A stretch of DNA of 64,000 nt from Armatimonadota bacterium (GTDB taxonomy: Bacteria; Armatimonadota; SYMT01). The DNA lies in assembly GCA_041690135.1 (NCBI GenBank), contig JAWLHY010000001.1:1344001-1408000 (forward strand), in the 5' to 3' direction. Each line of letters starts with the position of its first letter. Position 1 is the first letter of the stretch. Below the pieces are notes generated by a model that ran no database searches, was not told where the DNA came from, and worked only from the letters and a program-made list of their open reading frames with translations. Positions 49,023 to 58,253 of this stretch are shown here, piece after piece. A program made the translations under genes and the position numbers.

Positions 49023-49697
49023 CTAATAGAAACGGGCGAGATCCTTCGCCTTGAAGCCGGGCGCCTTAGCCACTTCCATGATCTCCGCCTCGCGGTCGAG
49101 GATCTTCTGCGCCGCATCGGCGATGTCGTCGGCGATCTCGAACGGCACGACCACGGCGCCATGCAGGTCCATGTGGATCAGGTCGCCGGGATGGACGGTG
49201 AGGCGGCCGAGGCGGACCGGACGGCCGACTTCGTGGAACTTGACCTGCCCGTGGGAGACAATGATGCCGCTCGCCAGGTACTGGAAGTCCATCTCCTCCA
49301 CCTGTTCCAGGTCGCGTACCGCGCCGTTGGTCAGGCAGCCGACCGCGCCCAGCGCCTTCATGCAGGTCGCCATCACTTCTCCGACCAGGGCCCCCTGCAT
49401 CGGCCAGAGCGGGGAATCCTCGATCACGCAGATGGCGGGCTTTGGGCTATCCTCGATGGCCTGGCAGTAGTCCAGCCAGCCCTGACGCCAGCCCTGCTCG
49501 CCCACGTCGCGCGGGCCCATGATGGAGGTTACGGCGTAGCCCAACCGGACTCCCATGTCCGGGAAGAGGCAACTGATCTCCGGGCCGGTGTAGCCCCAGG
49601 TGTCCGGGCGGACCCCGAACTTCTCGATGGCGTTGGCGACCGTGCAACTGTCGATCGCCTTCAACTTCTCGAACGTTTCGTCGGATATCGTCTTCAT
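49023..49697 (-). CDS. RraA/HMG-aldolase family protein
   Basis: DSCTVANAIE, ALVGEVM, TNGAVRD, PGDLIHMDLHGAVVVP. Confidence 0.9.
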   Translation of the reverse strand: MKTISDETFEKLKAIDSCTVANAIEKFGVRPDTWGYTGPEISCLFPDMGVRLGYAVTSIMGPRDVGEQGWRQGWLDYCQAIEDSPKPAICVIEDSPLWPMQGALVGEVMATCMKALGAVGCLTNGAVRDLEQVEEMDFQYLASGIIVSHGQVKFHEVGRPVRLGRLTVHPGDLIHMDLHGAVVVPFEIADDIADAAQKILDREAEIMEVAKAPGFKAKDLARFY

Positions 49698-50299
49698 TGA
49701 GTGTGTGACCAGCGCTGCCAGAGTTGCGCGGTGCGGGCCACCACATCGGGCCCGCCTCGCACCATCTTGCCCGTCTCGGGATCGAGGCGCGCCTCGGTCT
49801 GGCCGACCAGTTGATCGCGCACCCGCTTCAGGACGAACTTGTACCGCCGGACCAGGTAGCGCACTTCCCCGGTCTCCAGGTAGAAGTAGTACCCCACCTG
49901 CTCGGACTCCTGCCGGGCCGCGTCCCAATCCGGAATTTGGACGAGATACTTCTCCGCCAGCCATTTCTCCGGCACGCGCGGCGCGAAGGGCAGGCCGTGC
50001 AGGTGCGCGTGGGGGACTTCTTGACGAGCGCCCCCATTCTCATAGAAGGCGGCGTGCCCGAAGGAGTCCCGGAGGAAGCGGCGCATGCGCTCCTGGGCCT
50101 CGTGGAACTCGGGCATCCACTCCCGGGGCGCGGACATGTGGCTGGGAAGATGGGCACGGGTCACGAGGAGGACGTGACCCGTGCACCGGGGGTATTCGTC
50201 GGCCAGGACGCGATAGTGCTCGCTCTCCCAGAGTGCCTGCCGCTCGATACTGGGGCGGCAGAAGGCACAGTCCAGGAGAGCATTCGCTTCGGACGGCAC
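49694..50299 (-). CDS. HIT family nucleotide hydrolase
   Basis: DCAFC, GHVLLV, QEVPHAHLHGLP. Confidence 0.85.
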   Translation of the reverse strand: MPSEANALLDCAFCRPSIERQALWESEHYRVLADEYPRCTGHVLLVTRAHLPSHMSAPREWMPEFHEAQERMRRFLRDSFGHAAFYENGGARQEVPHAHLHGLPFAPRVPEKWLAEKYLVQIPDWDAARQESEQVGYYFYLETGEVRYLVRRYKFVLKRVRDQLVGQTEARLDPETGKMVRGGPDVVARTAQLWQRWSHTQ

Positions 50300-50304
50300 G
50301 AGAC

Positions 50305-51660
50305 CTACTTGTCGGCGCAGGTGATCGGGGAGATGATGTTGCCGTCCGCGTCGAACTCGATCGGCCGGGCGTTGGAGCTGATCTCCACGTAGCCACGCTG
50401 CCGCACCTCGTCCAGGAGGGCCGGGCTCACCCAGAGTTCACTGATTTCAAGCGTGCTGTGGATGATCGCCAGGCGGATGGTATCCGGCGTCCAGCGGGTG
50501 GCCGTCTTGATGGCCGCCGCAATGGTGGCGCGGTCGTTCTCCATCACCACCGGCAGCATCGCGCCGGCCAGGTGCGAGGCCGTCATGCAGTTGGCGTAAG
50601 TGGAGGGCAGATCGATCTTCTGGAGCACCCGCAGCGACATCAATTCGCCCAGGCCGATCCCCGCGGCATTTCCGTGCGTCTCGGGGGTGAGGTCGAGGAC
50701 TGCGATGTGCTGGATGACCGGGTGGTCCGTGTAGGCGGGGCCGTTGCTGCGGACGAAGCGCCCACAGATGTTGGGGTCCATCCCGCTGCCGCTGATGTTT
50801 TTACCGATCTGCTGGATCACCAGCACGTGGGCCATGTCGAACGGCAGGCTCGGCATCAGCGACTTCGCCTCCTCCAGCAGCTCGATCTCGCGCTCTTCCA
50901 GACCCTCGGCCAGCACCGCTTCGATACGGGCCGGCTCGTCGAAGGCGTTCTCCACAATCGCGAGACCGAAGACCACCGGCTGGGTCGCCAGGATGATGCG
51001 GGCCGCGGCGGGGATCAACTCCCCAAAATGCTCCATCCCATGGGCATGCAGCGTATCCGCGCCGTGCTGCTTGCCGAGGCCGATGGTGAGCATCTTCATC
51101 AGGCCGCTCTCGATCGGGCCCCGGAAACCGGTATGCGGCTTTACCCGGCCGATGGGGATGATGGCGTCCGCCGCCGAGGCGTCCTTCGAGCAGTAGACCG
51201 GCACCTCCCCGAGGGCCAGGCCAATCTGGTTCGTCTCCAGGGAGGAGATGATCGGCACCCCCATCGTCTCCGGGGTGATGTTGTAGTCCGCCAGCACGCG
51301 GAGCTGTCCCTCCGGCGTGGCGCCGCCGTGGCTGCCCATTGCGGGAATGATGAACGGCTCGGCCCCCAGCGCCTGGACCTCCCGCACGACGGCCCGCACG
51401 ATCTTCGCAATCTGAGCGATGCCGCGGCTGCCGACGGCAAGGCACACCCGCTTGCCCGGCTGTATGGTCGCCCGGACTTCCGACCGCTGGAACTCCGCCG
51501 CCACCGCCGCCTCGACATCTTCGATGAGAGGGCGCGGGAAATTCTGCCGCACGTGGTGCAGCGGCGGGATCGGCACGCCGGCAACTTCGCGGGAGAGCCC
51601 CGGTCCCAGGCGGGTGGAGAGGTCGGTCAGTTGGTCGATCCAAGGAAGAATAGAACTCAT
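50305..51660 (-). CDS. LarA-like (lactate racemase N-domain / DUF362-type) protein
   Basis: AVGSRGI, IPAMGSHGGAT, RVKPHTGF, ESGLMKM..IGLGK, GKNISGSGMD. Confidence 0.8.
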   Translation of the reverse strand: MSSILPWIDQLTDLSTRLGPGLSREVAGVPIPPLHHVRQNFPRPLIEDVEAAVAAEFQRSEVRATIQPGKRVCLAVGSRGIAQIAKIVRAVVREVQALGAEPFIIPAMGSHGGATPEGQLRVLADYNITPETMGVPIISSLETNQIGLALGEVPVYCSKDASAADAIIPIGRVKPHTGFRGPIESGLMKMLTIGLGKQHGADTLHAHGMEHFGELIPAAARIILATQPVVFGLAIVENAFDEPARIEAVLAEGLEEREIELLEEAKSLMPSLPFDMAHVLVIQQIGKNISGSGMDPNICGRFVRSNGPAYTDHPVIQHIAVLDLTPETHGNAAGIGLGELMSLRVLQKIDLPSTYANCMTASHLAGAMLPVVMENDRATIAAAIKTATRWTPDTIRLAIIHSTLEISELWVSPALLDEVRQRGYVEISSNARPIEFDADGNIISPITCADK

Positions 51661-51705
51661 GCGGGGCTCCCAGCGCGTCAAGATGTTACTACCGCTTATT
51701 ATCGG

Positions 51706-52059
51706 CTAAGGCAGGGCCTCATGTGCCTCACTGCACCCAGGTCCTTCCTCATCCCAGCGGTAAGTACCGAGGTCGATCGCCCCCTCCGGCGCGAACCGAA
51801 CCCCTTCCTCCTGGAGTAGCTCCTTCTGTAACTCCGCCCCGCCGGGCCGCCAGGAGATACGCCCCTCGCGGTTGATCACACGCCACCAGGGCACGTCGGA
51901 GCCATCCGGGAGAGTGGCAAGCGCCCAGCCCACCTGCCGGGATGCGCGGGGAGACCCGGCCATCCGGGCCACGTCGCCGTAGGTGGCGACTCGTCCGTGG
52001 GGGATGGCTTTCACCACCGCGTAGACTCGTTCCCGAAGGGTCCCTGAAGGAACACTCAT
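51706..52059 (-). CDS. Alkyltransferase-like (ATL) DNA-binding protein
   Basis: IPHGRVATYGDVA, RQVGWAL, PWWRV (Trp replaces the catalytic Cys). Confidence 0.92.
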   Translation of the reverse strand: MSVPSGTLRERVYAVVKAIPHGRVATYGDVARMAGSPRASRQVGWALATLPDGSDVPWWRVINREGRISWRPGGAELQKELLQEEGVRFAPEGAIDLGTYRWDEEGPGCSEAHEALP

Positions 52060-52065
52060 CGCTGT

Positions 52066-53217
52066 CTAGGTGGGGGTGGAGGGGTCGAAGAGGCGGCGGT
52101 GTTCTTCCAGGGCTTCCCGGTCCGTCAGGCCCGCCAGGTAGTCGGCGATGCAGCGGTGCAGCCCTTCCCCTTCGCGGTGGACGCCAGGCGGAAGCTGCCG
52201 CGGGTACTCCTCGTAGGAGTTGAACAGGGCTTCCAGGATGCGGCGCGCCTTGATCGACATCCGGTAGACCCGGTAATTGCGATAGACGTTCTCCCGCAGG
52301 AAGACGCGCAGCTCTTCGTTCTGCTCCGCCATGTCCGCACTGAGGCTGGCGGTGCAGTCGGGCGCCTGCCGGACGTCCTCTACTGTGTGAAGGCCCCACC
52401 CCCCGATGCGCTGCTCGACGGTGCGGGCCACGTCCTGGATCTGCTCGTTAATCAACGCGCGGACCCCCAGGAATTTGGCCTGGGCCGAAGTGAGGCCGGT
52501 GTAGTTGTCGAGCGCCGCGAGGCGCTTCCAGACCGCCACACCCTGAAGTTGCTCCAGGGTGATCAAACCGGCTGTCAAACCATCATCCAGGTCGTGGGCG
52601 TTGTAGGCGATCTGGTCGCAGGCGTCGGCGAGCTGCGCCTCCAGGGAAGGCCACCGGGATCCGGCAAACTCCGCGAATTCCGGTCCGGGAGCGTCGGGAT
52701 CGAACGACTTGCTGTGCTTCGCTATGCCCTCGCGCACTTCCCAGGTAAGGTTGAGGCCGCGGTACTGTGGGTAGCGCGACTCCAGATGGTCCACCACCCG
52801 CAGCCCCTGCCGGTTATGCTCGAAGCCGCCGTGCCCCGCGAGTAGCTTCTGCAGGGCCTCTTCGCCGGCGTGACCGAAAGGGGGATGTCCCACGTCGTGC
52901 ACGAGGGCGACGGATTCCGCGAGGTCCTCGTTGAGGCGCAGGAACCGGGCGAGCGAGCGCGTGATCTGGGTGGCTTCCAGGGTGTGCGTCAGGCGGGTGC
53001 GGTAGTAGTCGCCCTCGTGGTTGACGAAGACCTGGGTCTTATACTCCAGCTTCCGGAACGCGCTGCTGTGGATGATGCGGTCCCGGTCGCGCTCGAAGGG
53101 CGACCGCAGCGGGTGCTCCGGCTCCGGGTGTTGCCGGCCCCGTGTTTCCGCGGCCTTCACCGCCACGGGGCTCAGCTGCGCTTTCTCGCGCTCCAGGTAC
53201 TCGTCGCGCGTTCGCAT
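52066..53217 (-). CDS. dgt: Deoxyguanosinetriphosphate triphosphohydrolase
   Basis: RDRDRIIHS, KTQVF, RTRLTHT, HDVGHPPFGHAGE, DYLAGLTD. Confidence 0.95.
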   Translation of the reverse strand: MRTRDEYLEREKAQLSPVAVKAAETRGRQHPEPEHPLRSPFERDRDRIIHSSAFRKLEYKTQVFVNHEGDYYRTRLTHTLEATQITRSLARFLRLNEDLAESVALVHDVGHPPFGHAGEEALQKLLAGHGGFEHNRQGLRVVDHLESRYPQYRGLNLTWEVREGIAKHSKSFDPDAPGPEFAEFAGSRWPSLEAQLADACDQIAYNAHDLDDGLTAGLITLEQLQGVAVWKRLAALDNYTGLTSAQAKFLGVRALINEQIQDVARTVEQRIGGWGLHTVEDVRQAPDCTASLSADMAEQNEELRVFLRENVYRNYRVYRMSIKARRILEALFNSYEEYPRQLPPGVHREGEGLHRCIADYLAGLTDREALEEHRRLFDPSTPT

Positions 53218-53222
53218 CGACC

Positions 53223-53954
53223 TTAACAGGAGTGGGCGGCGGCGATCTCGGCGGCGATGCCTTCCGCGGCGAGGCGCGGATCCGCCACGCCGGTGATGGC
53301 CCGGCCGACCACCAGGTAGTCGGCGCCCGCACGGGTGGCGGCGGCGGGAGTGGCTACCCGGGCCTGGTCGTGCGTATCCCCGCCGGCAGGGCGCACTCCG
53401 GGCGTGACGATCAGGAATTCCCGACCACAGGCAGCCCGGATCGCCTCGATCTCGTGGGGGGATGCCACCACGCCATCCAGCCCGCTCTCACGTGCGAGTA
53501 AGGCGAGCCGGACAACCTGGTCTTCCACCGCCCCACCAATTCCGATGGCGCCAAGGGCAGACTGGTCCAGGCTCGTCAGCACGGTGACCGCAATCACCAG
53601 GGGGCGTGGGACTCCGGCGTCGGAGGCGTAGGCGACGGCCGCATCCCGTGCCGCGCGCATGGCGGCGGCCCCGGCCATGGCGTGGACGTTCAGCAGCCAG
53701 GGGTTGAGGGCACAGGTCGAGCGGACGGCCCCCGCTACCGTGTTCGGAATATCCGAGAACTTGCCGTCGATGAAGAGCCGGTCCGCGCCGGCCGCCTGCA
53801 CCGCGCGAACGCCTTCCGGCCCCGCCGCATGCAGGAACTCCAATCCGAGCTTGAATGCCCCGACCGAACCCCGGAGCGCTTCAACCCACTGCGTGGCCTT
53901 TGCGACGTCGGGAGTGTCCAGGGCGACGATGATCCGTTCAGTTGCTGTATTCAC
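53223..53954 (-). CDS. pyrF: Orotidine-5'-phosphate decarboxylase
   Basis: IIVALD, DGKFSDIPNTV, VTVLTS, VTPGVRP, LVVGRAI. Confidence 0.96.
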   Translation of the reverse strand: MNTATERIIVALDTPDVAKATQWVEALRGSVGAFKLGLEFLHAAGPEGVRAVQAAGADRLFIDGKFSDIPNTVAGAVRSTCALNPWLLNVHAMAGAAAMRAARDAAVAYASDAGVPRPLVIAVTVLTSLDQSALGAIGIGGAVEDQVVRLALLARESGLDGVVASPHEIEAIRAACGREFLIVTPGVRPAGGDTHDQARVATPAAATRAGADYLVVGRAITGVADPRLAAEGIAAEIAAAHSC

Positions 53955-53963
53955 ACGTATGTT

Positions 53964-54881
53964 TTAGAGCGTCGGGACGAGTTTGGCCCCTCTTTCGTGG
54001 GGTTTGAAGCCATCGGGCCAGCGTGTGGCACTGTCGTAGACGGCACCTGCCAGGCTCGCTTCCTGAATGATCAGGACTTCCGACAGGTCGGCGCCACACA
54101 GATCGGCCCCGCGCAGGTCGGTTCGCTGCAGGTTCGTTCCCTTCAGCACGGCACGCGACAGGTCCGTCCGCCCGAATCGGGCCCCCGCCAGGTTGGCATC
54201 GATCAGGACGGCGCCACAAAGCCGCGCCCCCGTGAGTTCCGCCCGGACCAGGTTGCACTCCGTGAGGTCGGCCCCGGTGAGTTCCGCATCGGTCAGGTCG
54301 ACGTTTTTCAAGTTGGCGCCGTTCAGGTTCGCCTCGGCCAGGTTCGCCTCGAAGAAGTTTCCGTACTGCAGATTCGCGTCGGTGAGGTCCGCTCCGGTCA
54401 GCTTGATTCCGCGCGCGCTGACGTTCAGCATCCGCACGCAATCCATGAGGGCCCGGCTGAAGTCCGCCTTGCGCAGTGTTGCTTCATCCAGGCAGGCCTG
54501 GCTCAGGCGCGCTCCCCGCAAGCTGGCGCGAGATAAGCGCGCCCCCAGAAGTGTCGCCTGCGTGAGGTCGGCGCCGTCGAGGTGGGTTTCCTCCAGGTTG
54601 GCGTCGATCAGCCGCGCCACCACCAGGGTCGCCTGGGAGAGGTTGGCGGCGTTCAGGTTCGCCCCTTCGAGGTTGGCGCGCGTGAGGTCCGCTCCGCGCA
54701 TGTTGACGCCGGCGAGCCGGGACGAGAGCAGGTTGGAGTGGGCCAGCCGTGCCCCGGCAAGGTTGAAGCTTTCGAGATCCGCACCGACGAGTCCGGTCGA
54801 TCTCAGGTCCGCTCCTTCCAGGCTGGGGAGATTGAGTTGGAGGAGGAGGCTGCGGGTCGCGCGATGACGGATCTCAACCAT
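53964..54881 (-). CDS. Pentapeptide repeat protein
   Basis: Nearly continuous A(D/N)Lxx repeats; C-terminal YDSATRWPDGF. Confidence 0.95.
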   Translation of the reverse strand: MVEIRHRATRSLLLQLNLPSLEGADLRSTGLVGADLESFNLAGARLAHSNLLSSRLAGVNMRGADLTRANLEGANLNAANLSQATLVVARLIDANLEETHLDGADLTQATLLGARLSRASLRGARLSQACLDEATLRKADFSRALMDCVRMLNVSARGIKLTGADLTDANLQYGNFFEANLAEANLNGANLKNVDLTDAELTGADLTECNLVRAELTGARLCGAVLIDANLAGARFGRTDLSRAVLKGTNLQRTDLRGADLCGADLSEVLIIQEASLAGAVYDSATRWPDGFKPHERGAKLVPTL

Positions 54882-54958
54882 GGGTCGCTCCGGAGGGTAG
54901 GACGTGTGAGTGCGTCGAGCTGCATGGGTCGCCGTAGTCTCTGCGTGGATCTGTTTTT

Positions 54959-55402
54959 TTAGCTGCCGGAGTAGGGCTGGCCCGTGATGGCGGCACGGAC
55001 GGCCAACTCGTCGGCTCGTTCATTTGCAGGGACGCCCGCATGGCCTGCGACCTTGCGCATCTGGAACTCTCCACACTCGGTCACCAGGCGCCGCACGTCG
55101 TCCACCAGTTCTTTGTTTTCTTTAACCTTCCATCCCTTCGTCAGGCAGCCTATGGCATAAGCGCTGTCTGTATGGATGCGGACGGAAGCCGTTCCACGGT
55201 CTCGAATCTTGAGCAGTGCTTCCTTGATCGCGAGGAGCTCGGCCTTCTGATTGGTGCCTCTGCCGAGCGGGACCGCCCACTCGCGGTGGAAATCGCCGGA
55301 ATCAGCCACGATGCCGGCTCCCATCTGCCCTCCGCCCGGCTTTCCGTTCCCCGGGCAGGCACCGTCGGTATAAAAGTCAATACGTGTGAGACCGGGTTTC
55401 AT
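54959..55402 (-). CDS. rnhA: Ribonuclease HI
   Basis: YTDGAC.GN, TNQKAEL, TDSAY, VAGHAG..NERADELA. Confidence 0.93.
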   Translation of the reverse strand: MKPGLTRIDFYTDGACPGNGKPGGGQMGAGIVADSGDFHREWAVPLGRGTNQKAELLAIKEALLKIRDRGTASVRIHTDSAYAIGCLTKGWKVKENKELVDDVRRLVTECGEFQMRKVAGHAGVPANERADELAVRAAITGQPYSGS

Positions 55403-56289
55403 CAGGACCAGATTACGTCGGCCAGGGTGAACAGGAAGAGCCCAATGCTCACGAACCCGTTCACGGTAAAGAACGCGGCATTCACACGCGACAGGTCGTT
55501 CGGTTTGACCATCGCGTGCTCGCACACCAGAAGCGCGGCGACCACCGCGACTCCCGCGCAGTAGGCTGCCCCCAGGGTGACCAGGGCAGGCAGGCAAAGG
55601 AGCAGAGCCACGGCGACGGCGTGCATAAAACGGCTTACCAGCAGTGCCCGGGCCGCGCCAAGCCGTGCCGGGATGCTGCGCAGCCCCTGCTTCCGGTCGA
55701 AGTCGATATCCTGCAGGGCGTAAATGATGTCGAACCCCCCCACCCAGAGCATCACGGCGGCGGTGAGCAACACGGGGGCCCAGTCCAGCCGCCCCGTCAC
55801 TGCGATCCACGCCGCGGAAGGAGCGATGCCGATGGCAAGACCCAGTACGAGGTGGCAGTACGGAGTGAAGCGCTTGGTGTAGGAATAGCCCCAGATCACG
55901 GCCAGCGCCACCGGAGACAGTATGAGCGTTAGCGGGTTCAACTGCCAGGCCGCCAACAGGAACAGCAGCGTCGTGACGACAACGAAGAGCCACACCTGCG
56001 CGGGAGTGAGCTGCCCGGCAGGGAGCGCCCGGACCTGGGTGCGGGGGTTCCGGCGGTCGAACTCCACGTCCACGAGCCGGTTGAACGCCATGGCGCTGCT
56101 CCGCGCGCCCACCATCGCCAGCAGGATCCAACCCAGGACCGGCAGCGAGGGGATCCGGTGTTCGGCAAGCACGGCGGCCATCAGCGCGAACGGCAACGCG
56201 AACACCGTATGTTCGAACTTGATCATCTCGAGGATGACCTTGAGTTGTCTCCCCGCTTTAGTAATGGGGTTCACCGATTCGGCTGTCAT
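55402..56289 (-). CDS. mqnP: UbiA-like polyprenyltransferase (MqnP type)
   Basis: IKFEHTVFALPF, NRLVDVEFDRRNPRT, YSYTKR, FDIIYALQD. Confidence 0.88.
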   Translation of the reverse strand: MTAESVNPITKAGRQLKVILEMIKFEHTVFALPFALMAAVLAEHRIPSLPVLGWILLAMVGARSSAMAFNRLVDVEFDRRNPRTQVRALPAGQLTPAQVWLFVVVTTLLFLLAAWQLNPLTLILSPVALAVIWGYSYTKRFTPYCHLVLGLAIGIAPSAAWIAVTGRLDWAPVLLTAAVMLWVGGFDIIYALQDIDFDRKQGLRSIPARLGAARALLVSRFMHAVAVALLLCLPALVTLGAAYCAGVAVVAALLVCEHAMVKPNDLSRVNAAFFTVNGFVSIGLFLFTLADVIWS

Positions 56290-56326
56290 TCAGGTTCCAA
56301 CCCTACTGCTGCTAGATGGCGGCGCC

Positions 56327-57775
56327 CTAACGGTCCAATCCCAGTTGGCCCCAAATCTTATCGACGTTCTTGCGCACCTGCTCGTCCATCTCAATATCAG
56401 GCGGCCACTCCCGGTTGTACCCTTCGGTGGCCCACTTGGTGGTGGCGTCGATCCCCATCTTGCTGCCGAAGAACTGCTGCGGGCTGGCATGGTCGAGGTG
56501 ATCGATCGGTCCGCGGGTGAAGAGGATATCCCGCTGGGCGTCGATGTTGTTGCTCACACGCCACAGCACCTCGACCGGGTCGTGCACGTTCACGTTCGCG
56601 TCCACCACCACGATGCACTTGCAGAACATCATCTGCCCTAGGCCCCACAGCGCGTTCATCACCTTGTATGCATGACCGGGGTACCGCTTGTTGATCGATA
56701 CGATTACCAGGTTGTGGAAACAGGCCTCAACCGGCAGGTTCATATCCACGATCTCGGGGACCACCAGCCGGAGAAGCGGCAGGAACAGGCGCTCCGTCGC
56801 TTTGCCCAGCCACGCGTCCTCCATGGGTGGGCGCCCGACGATGGTGCTGGGGTAGATCGGCCGCTTCCGACGGGTGACGCACGTGAGGTGGAAAACCGGG
56901 AAAGGCTCCGGCAGGGTGTAATAGCCGGTGTGATCGCCGAAAGGCCCCTCCATCCGGCGTTCCGTCGGATCGACGTACCCCTCCAGAACCACATCACAGC
57001 AGGCAGGGACTTCCAGGTCACTCGTTTCGCATTGGACCAGATCGATCGGCTTCTGGCGCAGCCAACCCGCAAACAGCAGCTCATCGATCTCCGGCGGGAG
57101 CGGCGCCGTGGCGGCGTAGGTGAGCACCGGATCTCCACCCAGGCACACGGCCACGGGGAACGGCTCGCGCGCCAGGCGCTCGTGCTCCGCCCCGACCTTG
57201 TGGAGCTGCCAGTGCATTCCGGTGGTGCGGCTGTCGTACTTCTGCATCCGGTACATCCCCATGTTCCGCTTGCCGGAGACGGGATGCCGGGTGATGACCA
57301 GCGGGAACGTGATGAAAGGTCCGCCGTCCTGCGGCCAGCACGTCTGGATGGGTAGGAAGTCGAGGGACGGGTTCTCTCGGATCAAGACTTCCTTGCAGGG
57401 ACCGTCCTTCACCCGCCGTGGTGGCGCCGTGGTCGCCGTACTCAGAAGCGCTCCGCCCAGGCCCAGCTTGTCCCCCAGGGTTTTGGGCATGCGCATGAGC
57501 TGGCCCATGAGGCCTTCGATGCGCCGCGCGCCCTCGTCGAGCTCCTTCAGGCCTAGCGCCGCCGCCATCCGGTTTTTAGAGCCGAAAGCGTTGATCAGCA
57601 GCGGCACGTCGTAGCCCCTGGGCTTCTCGAACAGGAGCGCCGGACCGCCGGCCTTCACCACCCGGTCGGTGATCTCGGTGATCTCCAGGTAGGGGTCCGC
57701 GGGGTACTGGATGCGCTTGAGCTCGCCCATCCGCTCGAGGCGAGCCACAAAATCGTCAAGTGTTGAATAGGCCAT
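56327..57775 (-). CDS. mqnL: Menaquinone biosynthesis decarboxylase, UbiD family (MqnL type)
   Basis: GGPALLFE, NMGMYRMQ, EGPFGDHTGYY, ALWGLGQMMF, KMGIDAT. Confidence 0.9.
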   Translation of the reverse strand: MAYSTLDDFVARLERMGELKRIQYPADPYLEITEITDRVVKAGGPALLFEKPRGYDVPLLINAFGSKNRMAAALGLKELDEGARRIEGLMGQLMRMPKTLGDKLGLGGALLSTATTAPPRRVKDGPCKEVLIRENPSLDFLPIQTCWPQDGGPFITFPLVITRHPVSGKRNMGMYRMQKYDSRTTGMHWQLHKVGAEHERLAREPFPVAVCLGGDPVLTYAATAPLPPEIDELLFAGWLRQKPIDLVQCETSDLEVPACCDVVLEGYVDPTERRMEGPFGDHTGYYTLPEPFPVFHLTCVTRRKRPIYPSTIVGRPPMEDAWLGKATERLFLPLLRLVVPEIVDMNLPVEACFHNLVIVSINKRYPGHAYKVMNALWGLGQMMFCKCIVVVDANVNVHDPVEVLWRVSNNIDAQRDILFTRGPIDHLDHASPQQFFGSKMGIDATTKWATEGYNREWPPDIEMDEQVRKNVDKIWGQLGLDR

Positions 57776-57778
57776 CCG

Positions 57779-57842
57779 GGTCAGGTGTACAGGCAGTCAG
57801 GTGTACAGGCGGTCAGGTGTTCAGGCGGTCAGGTGTTCAGGC
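57779..57842. repeat. 16-bp tandem repeat x4 abutting the mqnL start codon
   Basis: RGTCAGGTGTWCAGGC x4. Confidence 0.9.
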
Positions 57843-57959
57843 GTTGGGCCCCCCCTGTGGGGGGTAAACGTTGGGCATTGGGAATTCAAGCGGTCAAGTG
57901 GTCGGTTCATCAACCGAGTGAATGAGCTGGCTACCGTGGCCGCATGCTGGGTGCAATTC

Positions 57960-58008
57960 GTAGGGCGGGCGAGGGGAGCGGTGGAGTTGAGCATTGGGGC
58001 AGCCTGCC
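57960..58008 (+). repeat. Degenerate REP-like element
   Basis: CAATTCGTAGGGCGGGC...GCCTGCC; same CAATTCGTAGGG context as the 23163 copy. Confidence 0.4.
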
Positions 58009-58253
58009 ACGAAGGGTTCGAACACTGAAAGAAGCTCCCTTGCATGCCGGGTCATTGTATCACCGGGCCCTCGAGACGATACGCGCCATAGCGCAGTGGG
58101 CGGGGTTGGGCGGCATGGGGAATCCGAACTGGAATTCAAATCAAGAGAAGTTGATGAACCGTGCAGACCCACCGCCGTTCAGTGGGAGAGGAATCAACAT
58201 GGCGGTTGTCTGACCCTAAGGGCAGACGCAAGAAGGTCCGATAGGAGATCGAC

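Noticed and set aside
57860-57970. Four-helix-bundle (IVP-like) gene remnant beside tandem repeats
   Set aside because: Only vague similarity over about 30 aa; not supportable without a search
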